Source: Macrostomum lignano
Lineage: Eukaryota
Assembly: GCA_002269645.1 (NCBI GenBank)
Contig: NIVC01000566.1
Span: forward strand, 372,001-436,000
Direction: 5' to 3'
DNA: 64,000 bases
Positions within the stretch are counted from its first letter, which is position 1, and each line of letters starts with the position of its first letter. A program made the translations under genes and the position numbers. Shown here one piece after another: positions 1 to 12,574 of this stretch. The notes below the pieces were generated by a model, which had not been told where the DNA came from, did not search any database, and saw only the letters and a program-made list of their open reading frames with translations.

Positions 1-3000
1 CGTCTACGTTTAGGTCGTTGAAGATGGCGAGAACCGTGACTGCGGAGTGTTGTGGCGGGAGTTAGGGAGCGGTGAAGTGAAACTAAGCAATCTCAGAGGT
101 GAGATCTAGGACTGCGGTGCAGTGAGACTAAGCAATATCAGGTGTGAGATCTAGGACTGCGGCACAATGAGACTAAAGCAATCTCAGAGGTGAGATCTAG
201 GATTGCGGCACTGTGAGATTAAGCAATGTCAGAGGTGAGATCTAGGACTGCGGCGCAGTGAGACTAAGCAATATCAGGTGTGAGATCTAGGACTGCGGCA
301 CAATGAGACTAAAGCAATCTCAGGGGTGAGATCTAGGACTGCAGCACAGTGAGACTAAGCAATCTCAGAGGTGAGATCTAGGACTGCGGCACAGTGAGAC
401 TAAGCAATCTCAGGTGTGAGATCTAGGACTGCGGCACTGTGAGACTAAGCAATCTCAGAGGTGAGATCTAGGACTGCGGCACTGTGAGACTAAGCAATCT
501 CAGGGGTGAGATCTAGGACTGCGGCACTGTGAGACTAAGCAATCTCAGGGGTGAGATCTAGGACTGCGGCGCAGTGAGACTAAGCGAGGTCAGATACTGC
601 AATGGCAAGGCGCTCATGCCTGACTAACCGGGATCCGTAGCGGGGATGATGGCGCCAAACAGCAGGCAGTCGGTAAATAAAATCGAGCCGCTCAACGACC
701 TGCTCAGCCGGGTCAGGCCATAGACAACGGAGCTGCGGATGCGTACGGCTGATGTAATGAGTGCCTAAGCTAGCAAAAGAAAACAATTAACAGAGCATGT
801 TACTAATGTTTGGCGTTACTCACCCCACGACAGCACAGGAGATAGTGGTGCCAACAAATGCCAGCGTCAGAATTGCCCCAATGTTGCTGAAGAAATGCTT
901 CTGCAACCAAAGGAAACAGAGGAATCAGGGAAAATTACATGATCTTTCATCAGTGCTTTTGATGACGTCAGATTTAGCGTCTCTAGGAGTTTCAGATTCC
1001 CTACTTGCTGGATCTAGAGGCCAGTCTCCAAGGAGGTTCAGATTCCCTACTGGTTGGATCTAGAGGCGTCTCTAGGAGTTTCAGATTCCCTACTTGCTGG
1101 ATCTAGAGGCCAGTCTCCAAGGAGGTTCAGATTCGTCATCAAGTCAATAATCTGCCCACTTATAAAAGCCCGAGGCAGCCCGCACACACCCGCTTCATGC
1201 TGTAACCGGCGCAGAAGATGATGGGAGGCAGGATGACGTGAAAAAACACCTCAGAATTGAAGGTGGCCTTCTCGCTAAGAACTGGCGCATTCACGTTGCG
1301 GTTTAATAACCGCCTGGCGTAATCGTACTCGTAGACGCGGGTTCGATTCCCCGAGCTGCCGAGCTCCAGCATGTTCAGCAGCACCTGTTTCAAGGGGGTG
1401 GAGAAATCGATTAACCACCTGGTCACAGCTACAGGCTGAAGCTGCACAAGGGAAACCCAGAATCAGATCAGATCCCGAGGCCTCACCTTTTCAGGCGGAA
1501 GTGGATCAGCAGTGGTGACTGCAGGTGCTCCAGTCACATTATTACTAAGTGATCCAGTAGGGTTGCCAAGCAGAGTGAAGGTGCGAACACTGATTTCCCT
1601 GGGATTCGAGCTGTACCGAATGATGGCGCCAACTATCAGGCCTGGGTGAATAATTAAATAGAGGTCGATAGTAAACAACCTTAGCCTAATTATCTGTGGC
1701 AATATTATTTCACAACTGCTTAACTGGGAATTTTTTTATAGGATTGGATAACATTTTGAAACTTATTCCAATATCACATGCACAATTGCCAGCCAACCTG
1801 GCTAATGAAGACAGTGTAAATTGTGGCAAACCAAGGGTAAGTTGCAAAATAGGTAATTTTTTATTCTTTGGATATTGTTGCCAATTATCAAATTAAGAAC
1901 TTTTTTCTTTGTATGAGCTCGTAAATTTGAGCATGGCATAAAAAGTCATTATAAAATGACATTAATCATTATCAGGTGCAAATTCAATATGGCTATTGGT
2001 GCTAACTATTTCTTAATGTAGCAACATTCTACCTCCTTCAGTCTGAGGCCATATTGATTAGCTGCACTATCTCTCTATACGAGTATAACTCTAAGATGGC
2101 TTATTTAATTACCTTGTGGCTTGCTCTGCCCATTGTGCATAAAATATAGTGAAAATAGAATTTTTCAATTCTTAACCAACCTTTTGCATTGTACCTACTT
2201 CAAAGTTTGACAAAATTTCCACTTTTAACTTTTTAAATAGATTTGCTTTTTCTACAGTTGAAAAACAACCTTTAATTTAACTATTAGGTTCATACTATTT
2301 GATTTGCTTAGCAAATGCATCTTGCACTTAGGTCCTTCTTTTTGTTTTATTTTGTGTACTCTTTTATTCCCTTAAATATTCATGCTTGCATTTGCAAATT
2401 TGTGTATGCTTTTAACCATAAATATTATTTATTAAATATTTATATAGGCCTACCTGCCTTGCTATATGCAAATTATCAATAAAAAGGTTTATCCAATAAG
2501 CTAATATGACTTGACTTGTCTATTTGTCTAGACTAGGCCTAACAATAAGCAGAATATAATTCTATATTTACTACAAGAAAGTTTGATATTAGCCATAGCC
2601 AAAACAATTAAAATCTTTTGTAGCCCTTTAAACATGTTGAATTTAGGCTAACTTTCTACAGATGTTGCTAATTTTTTTGTCTTTTTTGATTATTTTAATA
2701 GGAGCTTGGGATTTATCAGTTGGGTTAACAAAATGACTAAGCAGTAAGGAGTCTGTATATGAAATTATTAAAGTTCAATATATTGAGAGAACCATGAACC
2801 TATTGAACCACTTTGATACTGATTTAAAAAGATTTTATCAATGCTTAGTGACTGATGATAAAATATGTATATTATTTTAGTACAAATAGAAGGTCCAAAC
2901 TAAGAAATGTCTATCACAAGGTTCAATGAGCCCTAAGAAGTTCCATGTGGAATAGTTTGAAATAAAGGTCTATGAGACTAAGATAATAACAATAATAATA

Positions 3001-6000
3001 AGAAGAATAAGAATAGGACTAATAAGATAATAATAGTCAATGAAATTAATTCACAAAGTGACCATTTTTACAATTTGCCTAATTTCATTGTTGGCACAAT
3101 GACTTGGTGCTATAAGTCTCTTGATTGGTTAGTTGATAGTAATTAATTAAAAAATATAACCATAATCTATCTAGTTGATTAGATTGTTGCTGAATTTGTT
3201 GTTGCCAAATTTGTCTATAGGCCCTTCCTATTAAATTTCTATCATTGAATTTGTTTGTCACCAAATTTGCATGCATCTGCCTAGACCTAGTCTAAATATA
3301 CTAAATCTCTAAGGTTTGTATGCTTGTCTATAATGCTCTAGAGATTGCAATTCTTGACCATATATACTAAAATTAATTTGAGAAACATGATCTATATACT
3401 ATTTATTATGTCAGTTTGAGGCAGGTATCTGACTCTAACTGGTTTTAAACCCCCCGCGCCGGCCTGGCCTCGCTTTGGAGGGTTGGTGGGGTGCTGGTGC
3501 TCTGCGTGCGTGCAGGGCTTAGGGCAGCCTCTCCCTCTGCTCTGTGCTATCATACATGCGCAACCTCTGAAATTCGGTCGGCCATGCGACTTAGTTTTAA
3601 CAAAAATGCGACGTAGTTTTTGGCCAAAAATGCGACTTACATGTAAAAAAAACCCTAAAGCAAAATTAACGCAACTTTGGGTAAACGGCAGGAGTAACTA
3701 TGACTGTCTTATTAAGCCAAAATGCCTCGTCAGCTACTTAGTACTACTACTTGATTATTTTTTCGGGTGGGCATTTTTGCGACTTCCTTGGTTGGCCGCC
3801 AAATTGGTCGGCCGGATCGGCCGACTCGGCCGACTGTTGCGCATGTATGTGTGCTATTTAGTCACGCGTCGCGGCCGCTGAGTCTGCTTTTTTGGCAAAA
3901 AATTCTTTTCTCTTTTAAAATATCAAAAATAATATATTTCGTCGCTTAAGGGGTTTGTTTCCCCTTTCTGGGCCGCGTCTGCCGGTCTTTTGTGCCACTT
4001 GCTTTTACTCTGCGTTAGTCTTTTGGGGTTTAAATGCTGTTTATTTTTCTAAATTTGAAACTATATAAAGTATCATAAAAAATTAAACATTTAAAAATGC
4101 AAGTTAGATATAACCTTGTTGGCTTATAATGCAATATATATTACATCTTAATTATTTTATCAATTGGCCCATTCCATATAAGATGGACATATTTGGAAAA
4201 TAGAAAAAAAGTCAATATTTTTGCTTGTCATTGCCTTATTAGCAATTTTTTTACCAAATCTTTTTTGTATGTAATGTATACAATCTAAGAATAAATAAAT
4301 GATAAAATGTTGGATTAGTATGTTATCAATTGGCAAAAAGTTATTTTTGTTAAAAAATTGGACATCTTCTAAGCAAAAGACATAATTAAGTTTATATACC
4401 TTTTAAAAACAAATAGAAAGCTTTAGAAGGTTAAAACAAACTATATATAAAATTAAAGTACTTGCATCATCAGATAAAAACATTAGCAAACATATAATCT
4501 ATTATATTTTTAATTTTTAGTTTAATTTAATTTATTTTAATTTATTTTTAAGACTAGGTCTAGGCAGATGCATGCAAATTTGGTAAAAAACAAATTCAAT
4601 GATAGAAATTTAATAGGAAGGACCTATAGACAAATTTGGCAACAACAAATTCAGCAACAATCTAAGCAAATTTAGCTTTAAAGTTTGATTTATTGATTAA
4701 AACCAAGGCTTTAAAGCCATCTGTCAGACCAACACTTATCCCTTTTGTTAATAGTATAATATATTACTTAAACTAAAGTATAAGGTATATATGAGCCTAC
4801 TTCTATTGGAGAAAATATAAATCAAAATAGAAGTACTGTCAATTGATATTATTGTTATACATTTAATGTATGTATACTGTATATATAAATTGAGATTTAT
4901 GTGGCAATTAGAGCTGCCTTAAGACTCTAGCTATAAATAAACATAGAATTAACAAACATTTTTAGGAAATTAAAGCATATTTAAAAGTATAGGATAAATA
5001 ATAGATAAAACAAACTCAATTGAAAAGGAAAACTAATATATGTATACATTGTCAAATACTATTGTACTAAAAAAATTAATAAGCCTATAGTCCAGATCAT
5101 GACAGGCATATGCTGGAATGAAAATTCATGTTTTTTTTCAATTTTACACTGATGTAAAATTTAAAAAAATTGTTATGCCAAAACTAAAATTGTTCATGTC
5201 ATTTTTTTAACAAATATTTTTAGGAATTCAAAACTTTTACTAAACTTTAAAACAGCTGTTTTTTTGCTAAAACTGGTATTCTTTGTTTTAATTTTGATTT
5301 TTTTGTGATTACATTAATATTTATTTATTTATTTTTCTATTCTTTTTGAGCTTTCAACATTGGTTGATATTTAACTACACAATTACATTAGCCTTGAACT
5401 TGGCTATTTTTGTATACCAACTATGTATACTTCATGTTGAACCTGAAAATTATAAACACCAAGTGTATGCCAAGATTGTCAACAAGAGCAAAAATATGCT
5501 GGAAAATTCTGGCATAAAGGCCACCTTCCAAACTATAATAAGCTGCAATTATACAAAACTCTTTGTTGCTAAATTTGATAAGATTGTCACCAAATTTGCT
5601 TTCACTAATTTGTCCATGGCAATTTTGTCTTTTTTAATATTTTAGCTGATTTACAACCAAAGATAGGCCTCTATATTCTGTAATTTATAATTTCTAAACA
5701 TTAACCTAAGCTAAACTTAATACTATTTTTATAAATAGACCTAAATTCCCTAATTTTCAACTTAAAATAAAATTTGGCCTTAAGCCAAGGCCTATTTATT
5801 GAACAAACAAAATTAGTACTTACCATAAATTATTGCTAAGCTAGTCTCATGTATGAACCAAAATCTCATATGCTTAAATAGCCAAATAGTAAGCAATGAC
5901 AAAACTAAAAGGCCAAGATATAGCAATAAAGTAAGGCTATCAGAAATATGATTTGCTTCTACCCTTTCTGCTTGTGACTTCTCAACACTTTTTTCAAGTG

Positions 6001-6028
6001 TATCACTATCAGTCAAAACCATTTTCAT
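1..6028 (-). CDS. Endosomal Na+/H+ exchanger, NHE6/7/9 (SLC9A6/7/9)-type; 5' part, gene continues beyond window start
   Basis: Frame-consistent GT-AG exons on the minus strand: 6028-5824, 1641-1487, 1441-1190, 900-824, 732-629 and 39-<1. They give TIWLFKH..HET.LAIIYGLIVG, ATFNSEVFFHVILPPIIFCAGYSMKR, HFFSNIGAILTLAFVGT, FTDCLLFGAII.ATDPVTVLAIFNDL, all hallmark SLC9A6/7/9 motifs. The true start may lie in an upstream exon. Confidence 0.93.
81..587. repeat. 45-bp minisatellite (~11 copies) in NHE intron
   Basis: Unit GAGACTAAGCAATCTCAGAGGTGAGATCTAGGACTGCGGCACAGT; GAGATCTAGG recurs at 101, 146, 192 and onward. Confidence 0.95.
978..1135. repeat. Short tandem repeat (~43-bp subunits, ~87-bp dimer x2) in NHE intron
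   Basis: TTCAGATTCCCTAC..GGATCTAGAGG recurs; the block TCTCTAGGAGTTTCAG...CCAAGGAGGTTCAGATTC is present twice. Confidence 0.85.
3180..4667. repeat. ~120-bp inverted repeat pair in NHE intron 1
   Basis: 3180-3298 (TAGATTGTTGCTGAATTTG...GCCTAGACCTAGTCT) is the near reverse complement of 4548-4667. Confidence 0.85.
3445..4033. mobile_element. Putative TTAA-flanked MITE-like insertion (piggyBac-like target)
   Basis: CpG-rich island inside a CpG-free intron, bounded by TTAA|ACCCC ... GGGGT|TTAA; only ~5 bp of terminal inversion beyond the TTAA. Confidence 0.4.
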
Positions 6029-6581
6029 TTATAAAAATTGGCCAGATTGACAGATCAGTCTTGTGTTGTGGCTTGGACCTTGTTCCAATTTTAATTAGTT
6101 TGAATTGAATCTATATTTTCTTACTAGGCCTAAAGTCAAGGCCTACAGTACAGATTAGTATTAGGCCTAGTAGGGGCCTAGGCCTACTATTATTAGTGTA
6201 TTAGATAGTAGGCCATTACATAGAGGCACACTAGGCCTAGGGCCTAACTATACTGCAGTACAAAGCCCATTGCTTACCAGCTGAATAATGCCATCTTATA
6301 ATAGGCCTAGCCTACTCGATCAAAAGGACCTAGGCCAGGGCCAAGGCTAACTTTTAGAAAAAAAGTTACAGAAATTTATCAGTAACTTAAATCATTTTGG
6401 CCTGGCATAGTATAGCTATATACTATCTAAATATACTAAATATTATACTATATACTTAGACTATAACAAGCAAGATAGTAGGCCCGATACCCTTAACTTG
6501 GACGCATTTGTTTCCCCATTGATATTCGCATTGATATTCGAATTTTAACGAAAGCAAAATAATGAAAGCAACCCGTAGCAT

Positions 6582-7193
6582 GAAACTTTACACAGAGTAA
6601 ACTGCAACCGTGAAACGACTATTGGTCAAGTTTCAGCTCGATATGTAGCTTTGGCTTTGAGCGGGAGCGATTTTCGATGTGTTCCATTTAAAATACATGT
6701 GATTACAAAATTCATATTGATATTCGAGTACAGGTACTTCTGCCTCACCGATCTTGACGAAACTTTACACAGAGTAAACTGCAACCGTGAAACGACTATT
6801 GGTCAAGTTTCAGCTCGATATGTAGCTTTGGCTTTGAGCGGGAGCGATTTTCGATGTGTTCCATTTAAAATACATGTGATTCCAAAATTCATATTGATAT
6901 TCGAGTACAGGTACTTCTGCCTCACCGATCTTGACGAAACTTTACACAGAGTAAACTGCAACCGTGAAACGACTATTGGTCAAGTTTCAGCTCGATATGT
7001 AGCTTTGGCTTTGAGCGGGAGCGATTTTCGATGTGTTCCATTTAAAATACATGTGATTCCAAAATTCATATTGATATTCAAGTACAGGTACTTCTGCCTC
7101 ACCGATCTTGACGAAACTTTACACAGAGTAAACTGCAACCGTGAAACGACTATTGGTCAAGTTTCAGCTCGATATGTAGCTTTGGCTTTGAGC
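6582..7193. repeat. 177-bp tandem repeat, ~3.5 near-identical copies
   Basis: GAAACTTTACACAGAG starts at 6582, 6759, 6936 and 7113. Confidence 0.95.
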
Positions 7194-8627
7194 AGGACGA
7201 CCTGTTATCTGTTATATAAAAAGAATAAGCTGTCAACGATGTTAAAGACGACTGGTAATCCTATACGAGCGGCCCGCATTCGCGGGCCTAAAGGCATGGC
7301 CATTGCCTCGGCTGGGCTGTAGGCCGCAGCAGCCTGGGCCCAGAAAAACCGTGCTTCGAGTTCACTTATTTGTTATCCGACTTGAGCAGAAGGTACAGGC
7401 AGGACTCAAAATCCTACCTGTTACAGCTAACTGTTGTAAAAAGCTACCTGTTGCTACCTGTAAAATAGCTACCTGTTGTGGTTGTTGTAAATGTAAATGG
7501 AGCCTTCAATTTCTGCCCTTTATGTCGAGAAATTCCGAGAAATGCCCCTGCATGGCAGCAATGAGTGCCCTGAAGACACTGAAATTTACTCGTACATCCG
7601 AAATCACACCGTTACCGCGGGGATCAAGGTTGTCCAGCAGTGGGCTCTATTCTACACATTCATGGTTTTCTTTCATTCAATATCAATACTTAAGATCGAA
7701 TTTCTAATGTGTACGATTTTGCCTGAGGAAAATTCTCCCCTCTCCCCAACATTTCTCCCTACCTAATAGTCTTCACGACTTTTCCCCTTCCTGTCCAGTC
7801 TTCAATACTTTTCCAACGAGAGGAGACTACACGTCTGATTTGTCCACTTTGGTGCTTCACGCACTGAATCCCAAATCGGGGTTTTACGCCTTTATTTTGC
7901 TTAACGATTATTAAAATAATCAACACAATAGAAAGCTTCGTCTTCTAAAATTTACATGTACGCCCAAAATTTAAAGATCTTGAAAGAATAAGAGAAAAAA
8001 GTTTGACCGTGTAACTGGCACACAATTGGTGTGAGCAAGAGAGCAACGAGAATTAAATTTAACAAAAATTGCCCAAAAGAATTAGTAAAATTTGCTAAAT
8101 CCCACGACCTACCCGCTTCTCCCCACCTCTCTGGTAAAATTCTGCTCTAGAAGCCCAGCTACGAAGCAAAACTACTCGTAATACGAAAAAATCTGACAAT
8201 CGGTTGTCGCATTTCTCCTGGTCTCATTTTGCCGGACTGCAGGACAATCGAAACCTTCCGCATTTCATTTCAAGAATAAAAATACAAAATCTACCTCTTT
8301 AAGATGTTGCAGAGACAAAAAAGTTACATACACGAGGGCATCTCGAGGGCAAAATAGGGGGAAAATGCTTTCGGCATCACCAGGTGTTAAATATAATTAT
8401 TGGGAATACGAGCTTAATAGATGTTATCGATGTTCGGCTGACGGCGAAACCTAAATTTCTGCGCGAGCGTTACGGCGCTATGAATATGTTCTTGTTTTTT
8501 AGTTCTATTTCTATAAAATTTTACCTCCATTTCATCCTTCCCTCCTCCATGCCGCAGTTTCAATCACATTCCAATAATAAGTCATTATCATTCATCCAAA
8601 CGAAATGCTGAAATCGTGCATCCGCTG

Positions 8628-9240
8628 GCCCGTGGCCGCCCCGGGACGCAGAATGGATGCTTGCAGCCGCCGACCCGTGGCCGCCCCGGGACGCAAAATG
8701 GATGCTTGCAGCCGCCGACCCGTGGCCGCCCGGGACGCAGAATGAATGCTTGCAGCCGCCGACCCGTGGCCGCCCCGGGACGCAGAATGGATGCTTGCAG
8801 CCGCCGACCCGTGGCCGCCCCGGGACGCAAAATGGATGCTTGCAGCCGCCGACCCGTGGCCGCCCCGGGACGCAAAATGGATGCTTGCAGCCGCCGACCC
8901 GTGGCCGCCCCGGGACGCAGAATGAATGCTTGCAGCCGCCGACCCGTGGCCGCCCCGGGACGCAGAATGGATGCTTGCAGCCGCCGACCCGTGGCCGCCC
9001 CGGGACGCAAAATGGATGCTTGCAGCCGCCGACCCGTGGCCGCCCCGGGACGCAGAATGAATGCTTGCAGCCGCCGACCCGTGGCCGCCCCGGGACGCAG
9101 AATGGATGCTTGCAGCCGCCGACCCGTGGCCGCCCCGGGACGCAGAATGAATGCTTGCAGCCGCCGACCCGTGGCCGCCCGGGAACGCAGAATGAATGCT
9201 TGCAGCCGCCGACCCGTGGCCGCCCCGGGACACAGAATCG
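8628..9240. repeat. 45-bp GC-rich minisatellite (~13.5 copies)
   Basis: Unit CCGTGGCCGCCCCGGGACGCAGAATGGATGCTTGCAGCCGCCGAC; explains the 15-aa periodic ORFs in several frames. Confidence 0.97.
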
Positions 9241-10138
9241 ATACTTTGATGATTTGATGCTTCGTTTGCGCCTGATATCAGTATATCAGCGCTCACTGTG
9301 GCGGTGCGGACAAATCGTATTTGAGCTCGGTGTGCCCAAATAGTTGAAAGCTCGCGCTTAGAAAGCTTCTGCGGATGAACGCCAGCTCGTACGTCGCTAG
9401 GCCAACCACGCCAATGACCGTAGCAATGGTGCCGGCTGTACAAAAGCTGGGCTTTACCAGTAGCTTTCTCTGAAAGATAAGCGTGCTTTCCATAATCTGC
9501 GCTGCTGAGTACTGATACGAGACTACTACAATGACAGACGTGTATGCATAGGTATACAATTATACACAAGTTAGTGAAGTCAATTGTGATTTTCGACTAC
9601 TAAATGTCACTTTACTAACCGGAGGCATCACTGCTTAAAGGGGCATATGGACGTTTGCCCTCCGGCGTTTCCTATCCGGCAAAAAAAGTAGAAAGTGGTT
9701 GTTTTGTCAACAAGTCTATCAAGCTGTAAAGTTTGGCGAACAGCACCGGCGCAGCGTCGAAAGAGCCGTTCGATCAGCCGCTCCTCGCTCCGGCCGAGCA
9801 AACGCACTGTACATGTGGCAAAAAGTAGTATGCGGTTCCCTCGTCGATGCTGTTTCACTTGAGCATTTCCTCTTGTTGCTCATTTAGCTTCATCACAGTG
9901 AAGCCCTCAAGGACGACGATTTAATCTCAGCTAGCCGGTTGCACTAGATGTACGCCTTAAGGCTGGCGGCGGATAGATCGCTTAGCGATTTTAACGGAGA
10001 AGAGAGTGACGGACGTGCCGGAGTGATAACGCCGAAAGGAAAATGCCGGAGGGCTAAATGTTCCGAGAGGAAGTGTCCGATGAGAAGTGCCGGGGGGGAT
10101 TTCAGGTAGTCGCCTAGTCCTAAATGATATTAACAATA

Positions 10139-11180
10139 GAACTACCAAGAGGGGGGAATTCCCCCCCCCCTTGACAGTTTTTTTTGCTGCGCCGGAACGA
10201 AGCAACGCAGGCACACGAAATTCAAGAACACGGGCTAACTTTTTGTTGCGCACCTTCTCAACTTCTGGACACCCTCAGCTAGTCTCTCAAGCCTTCCATC
10301 ATCACCCCGACGCCGTCGGCACCTTCAACAGGTGGCACCGGGTGACTATGAGCAGCCTGATAGGAACTTCTCGAGTTTCACTGATCAAGCCTCGACAATG
10401 GGCAAGCCTCAAACGCGGGACAGCCTCAGCTAGTCTCTCAAGCATTCGGTCATCACCCGGACGCTGTCGGCATCTTCAACAGGTGGCATCAGATGACTAT
10501 GGACATATGTTAGGTTCCTTTTGCACCTATGTTAGGTTTTTCTTATCAAGCTTCAATAATGGGCAATCTGTAACTCCTGGTTATTCTCAGCAGGAATCCC
10601 AAACAGTTTTTAATCACCCGATTTAATTATGTAAATATGATGAGGTAATTTGTTATTATTGATGCCACCTGTTGATGGTGCCGACGGCGTTCGGGTGGTG
10701 ACCGAACGCTTGAGAGACTAGCTGAGGGTGTCCAGAAGTTGAGGTTTGCCCACTGTCGAGGCTTGATCAGCGAAACTTGAGAAATTCCTATCAGGGTGTC
10801 CATGGTCACTTGGTGCCACCTGTTGAAGGTCCAGAAGCTCCGCCTGGGTGAACGCTAGTGACCAACGAAGTCAGAGCTGATGCAGACACATATGGTCGAC
10901 GTGCTGATGAAATTTGGAGGCATTGCAAGGCTGCGCTAAGGCGCAGTGCTGATTGGCGCACAGGGGTGTACCGAATACACTAACGCTTATGGGAAAAATC
11001 CGACCTTCTGGCAGAATCGTCGAATATCTCAACGGTCCGGAGGGCTGGCGACTTGATTCTTGTTTGAGAAGGTGCGCTACAGGGGGTTGGCCCGTGTTCT
11101 TGAATTTCGTGTGCCTGCGTTGCTCCGTTCCGGCGCAGCAAAAAAATTGTCAGGGGGGAATTCCCCCCTCTTGGTAGTTC
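10139..11180. mobile_element. Foldback-like non-autonomous element with ~100-bp TIRs and internal inverted modules
   Basis: 10139-10240 (GAACTACCAAGAGGGGGGAATTCCCC...CACGAAATTCAAGAACACGGG) is mirrored at 11087-11180. Internal 151-bp modules (10274, 10425) are mirrored at ~10660-10830. No TSD seen. Confidence 0.75.
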
Positions 11181-11377
11181 GACGGGCGGAAAAATGGCTT
11201 GGTATTCCTACTGTTAATTGTACAAAAAATGAGCTATTGTTTTACTGTATTTTGTCTGAAGAAGCGAGGCAACTGATTGGCGTAGGTTTGCAGCAGTAGT
11301 AGGCTCATTTGACCCGTTGAGCACTGCAGATTGGAAAGCCTAAAATTTTGTGCCAATTGATAATCGTCATAAATTAC

Positions 11378-12326
11378 TCAACACCCTTCCAGCGCCGGCT
11401 GTACGTAAGCAAATAATTCTAAAATAAACTATTATTTATTACATACCAAAGGAATATTGGCTCCCTCAGAAAATCCTGCAACTTCTGTTGTTTCGTAGAC
11501 ACTCGTTGTGCCTCCATTTTTTGGGTGGAGCAGCACAACGGCGTGCATTTCAGAATCCTCGGCCAATTCCAACTGTGAAAGCAGAATTGGTTCAAAAACC
11601 GTAAACACTAGTTTTGACAAGTTAATGAAGAGAAACTGCTGAAAATTTCTGGAAATGACAAACAGACTTACGAGCTTGTACACCGACTTTTTCAGTTTCT
11701 TCTGACGTTCAGCAAGACTTGGAGCTGCAGCCGAACTAATTAAGTTTTGCCGGCTTGTTGGATCTAAATCAGCGTATGACTGCTTTAGAAATTGTGCTTG
11801 GTCTGAAAAAAACAATAAAAAACCCATGCTTAATCTTATATAATAATATAAAAGGTGCACAATGTTATGAATCACATTAAGAGCGCTTTATGGACGATAC
11901 TAAACAAAATGCGATACATGAAATGTACGTTGAGGAATGTTGCAATAAGTGGTGCTGAGCAGAGCTCCTGTAATGTTCTGGATAAACAGATGCTGTAGGT
12001 GTGTAGGTCTATGGACTCCTTAGATTTCACTGGAATACGAGCATATGTGACCAAGCAATAGTTGCGAAGTATTCACATGTGACTGAGGAATACAGTGTTC
12101 TGTGATGTGCAGCAATCGACGAATTGATTAAATACAAGAATTATAGGTGTCCTCCACTAGACGGTTGAGCGTTGGTTTCGCTTCTTGCTCCTTTCAGATT
12201 TTGATGATGAAATTTTCAACATAGTAAAACGATATTCTTAATAAATATTGCCATACCTGCAAGCTTTTCCTTCCGGTTGCAATTTCTCCTAACATGTTCA
12301 TTCCAAGCACTTAAGCGGCGGGACAT
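11378..12326 (-). CDS. Small spliced gene (~115 aa), N-terminus weakly HMG-box-like
   Basis: Four GT-AG exons with consistent phases: 12326-12257, 11802-11672, 11572-11447 and 11398-11378. Product MSRRLSAWNEHVRR...LKQSYADLDPTSRQNL...EMHAVVLLHPK...PALEGC*. Confidence 0.55.
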
Positions 12327-12574
12327 TGGGTTGTGACTGCAAGAAAAAATTGCAACATTTTGTCGTAATCTTATATACAATGAACGTAGAGAGCAATTTA
12401 TACTCATACTGAAGCAACTTTTAGGCCTTCAGGTTGCAGTTTGTCGAGATAATAAACACAACACTGAATTCAGTTACCAAGCTAAATTAATAAACACAGG
12501 ATAAAATTGCCTATTGGCTAGAGACAGGGGCCGTGGGGAAGAATACAAAAAAGCATAGAAGCTACGGTAAAGCA

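Noticed and set aside
81-587. Hairpin-containing repeat as a CRISPR array
   Set aside because: No unique spacers, no cas genes, and it lies in a eukaryotic intron.
1340-1350. GGTTCGATTCC B-box as a tRNA gene
   Set aside because: It lies inside an NHE coding exon, with no A box or cloverleaf.
7266-7288. Hairpin GGCCCGC-ATTC-GCGGGCC plus minus-strand CTCG|T as another Helitron end
   Set aside because: Only a 1-nt spacer, and no matching TC 5' end was found; unsupported.
6651-7322. 223-aa ORF with 59-aa repeats
   Set aside because: By-product of the 177-bp tandem repeat; no recognisable domain.
8588-9569. Long ORFs in several frames over the 45-bp array
   Set aside because: Stop-free GC-rich minisatellite artefacts.
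9636-9960. Kolobok-like element (TTAA|AGGGG ... CC|TTAA)
   Set aside because: The putative terminal sequences do not form a convincing TIR.
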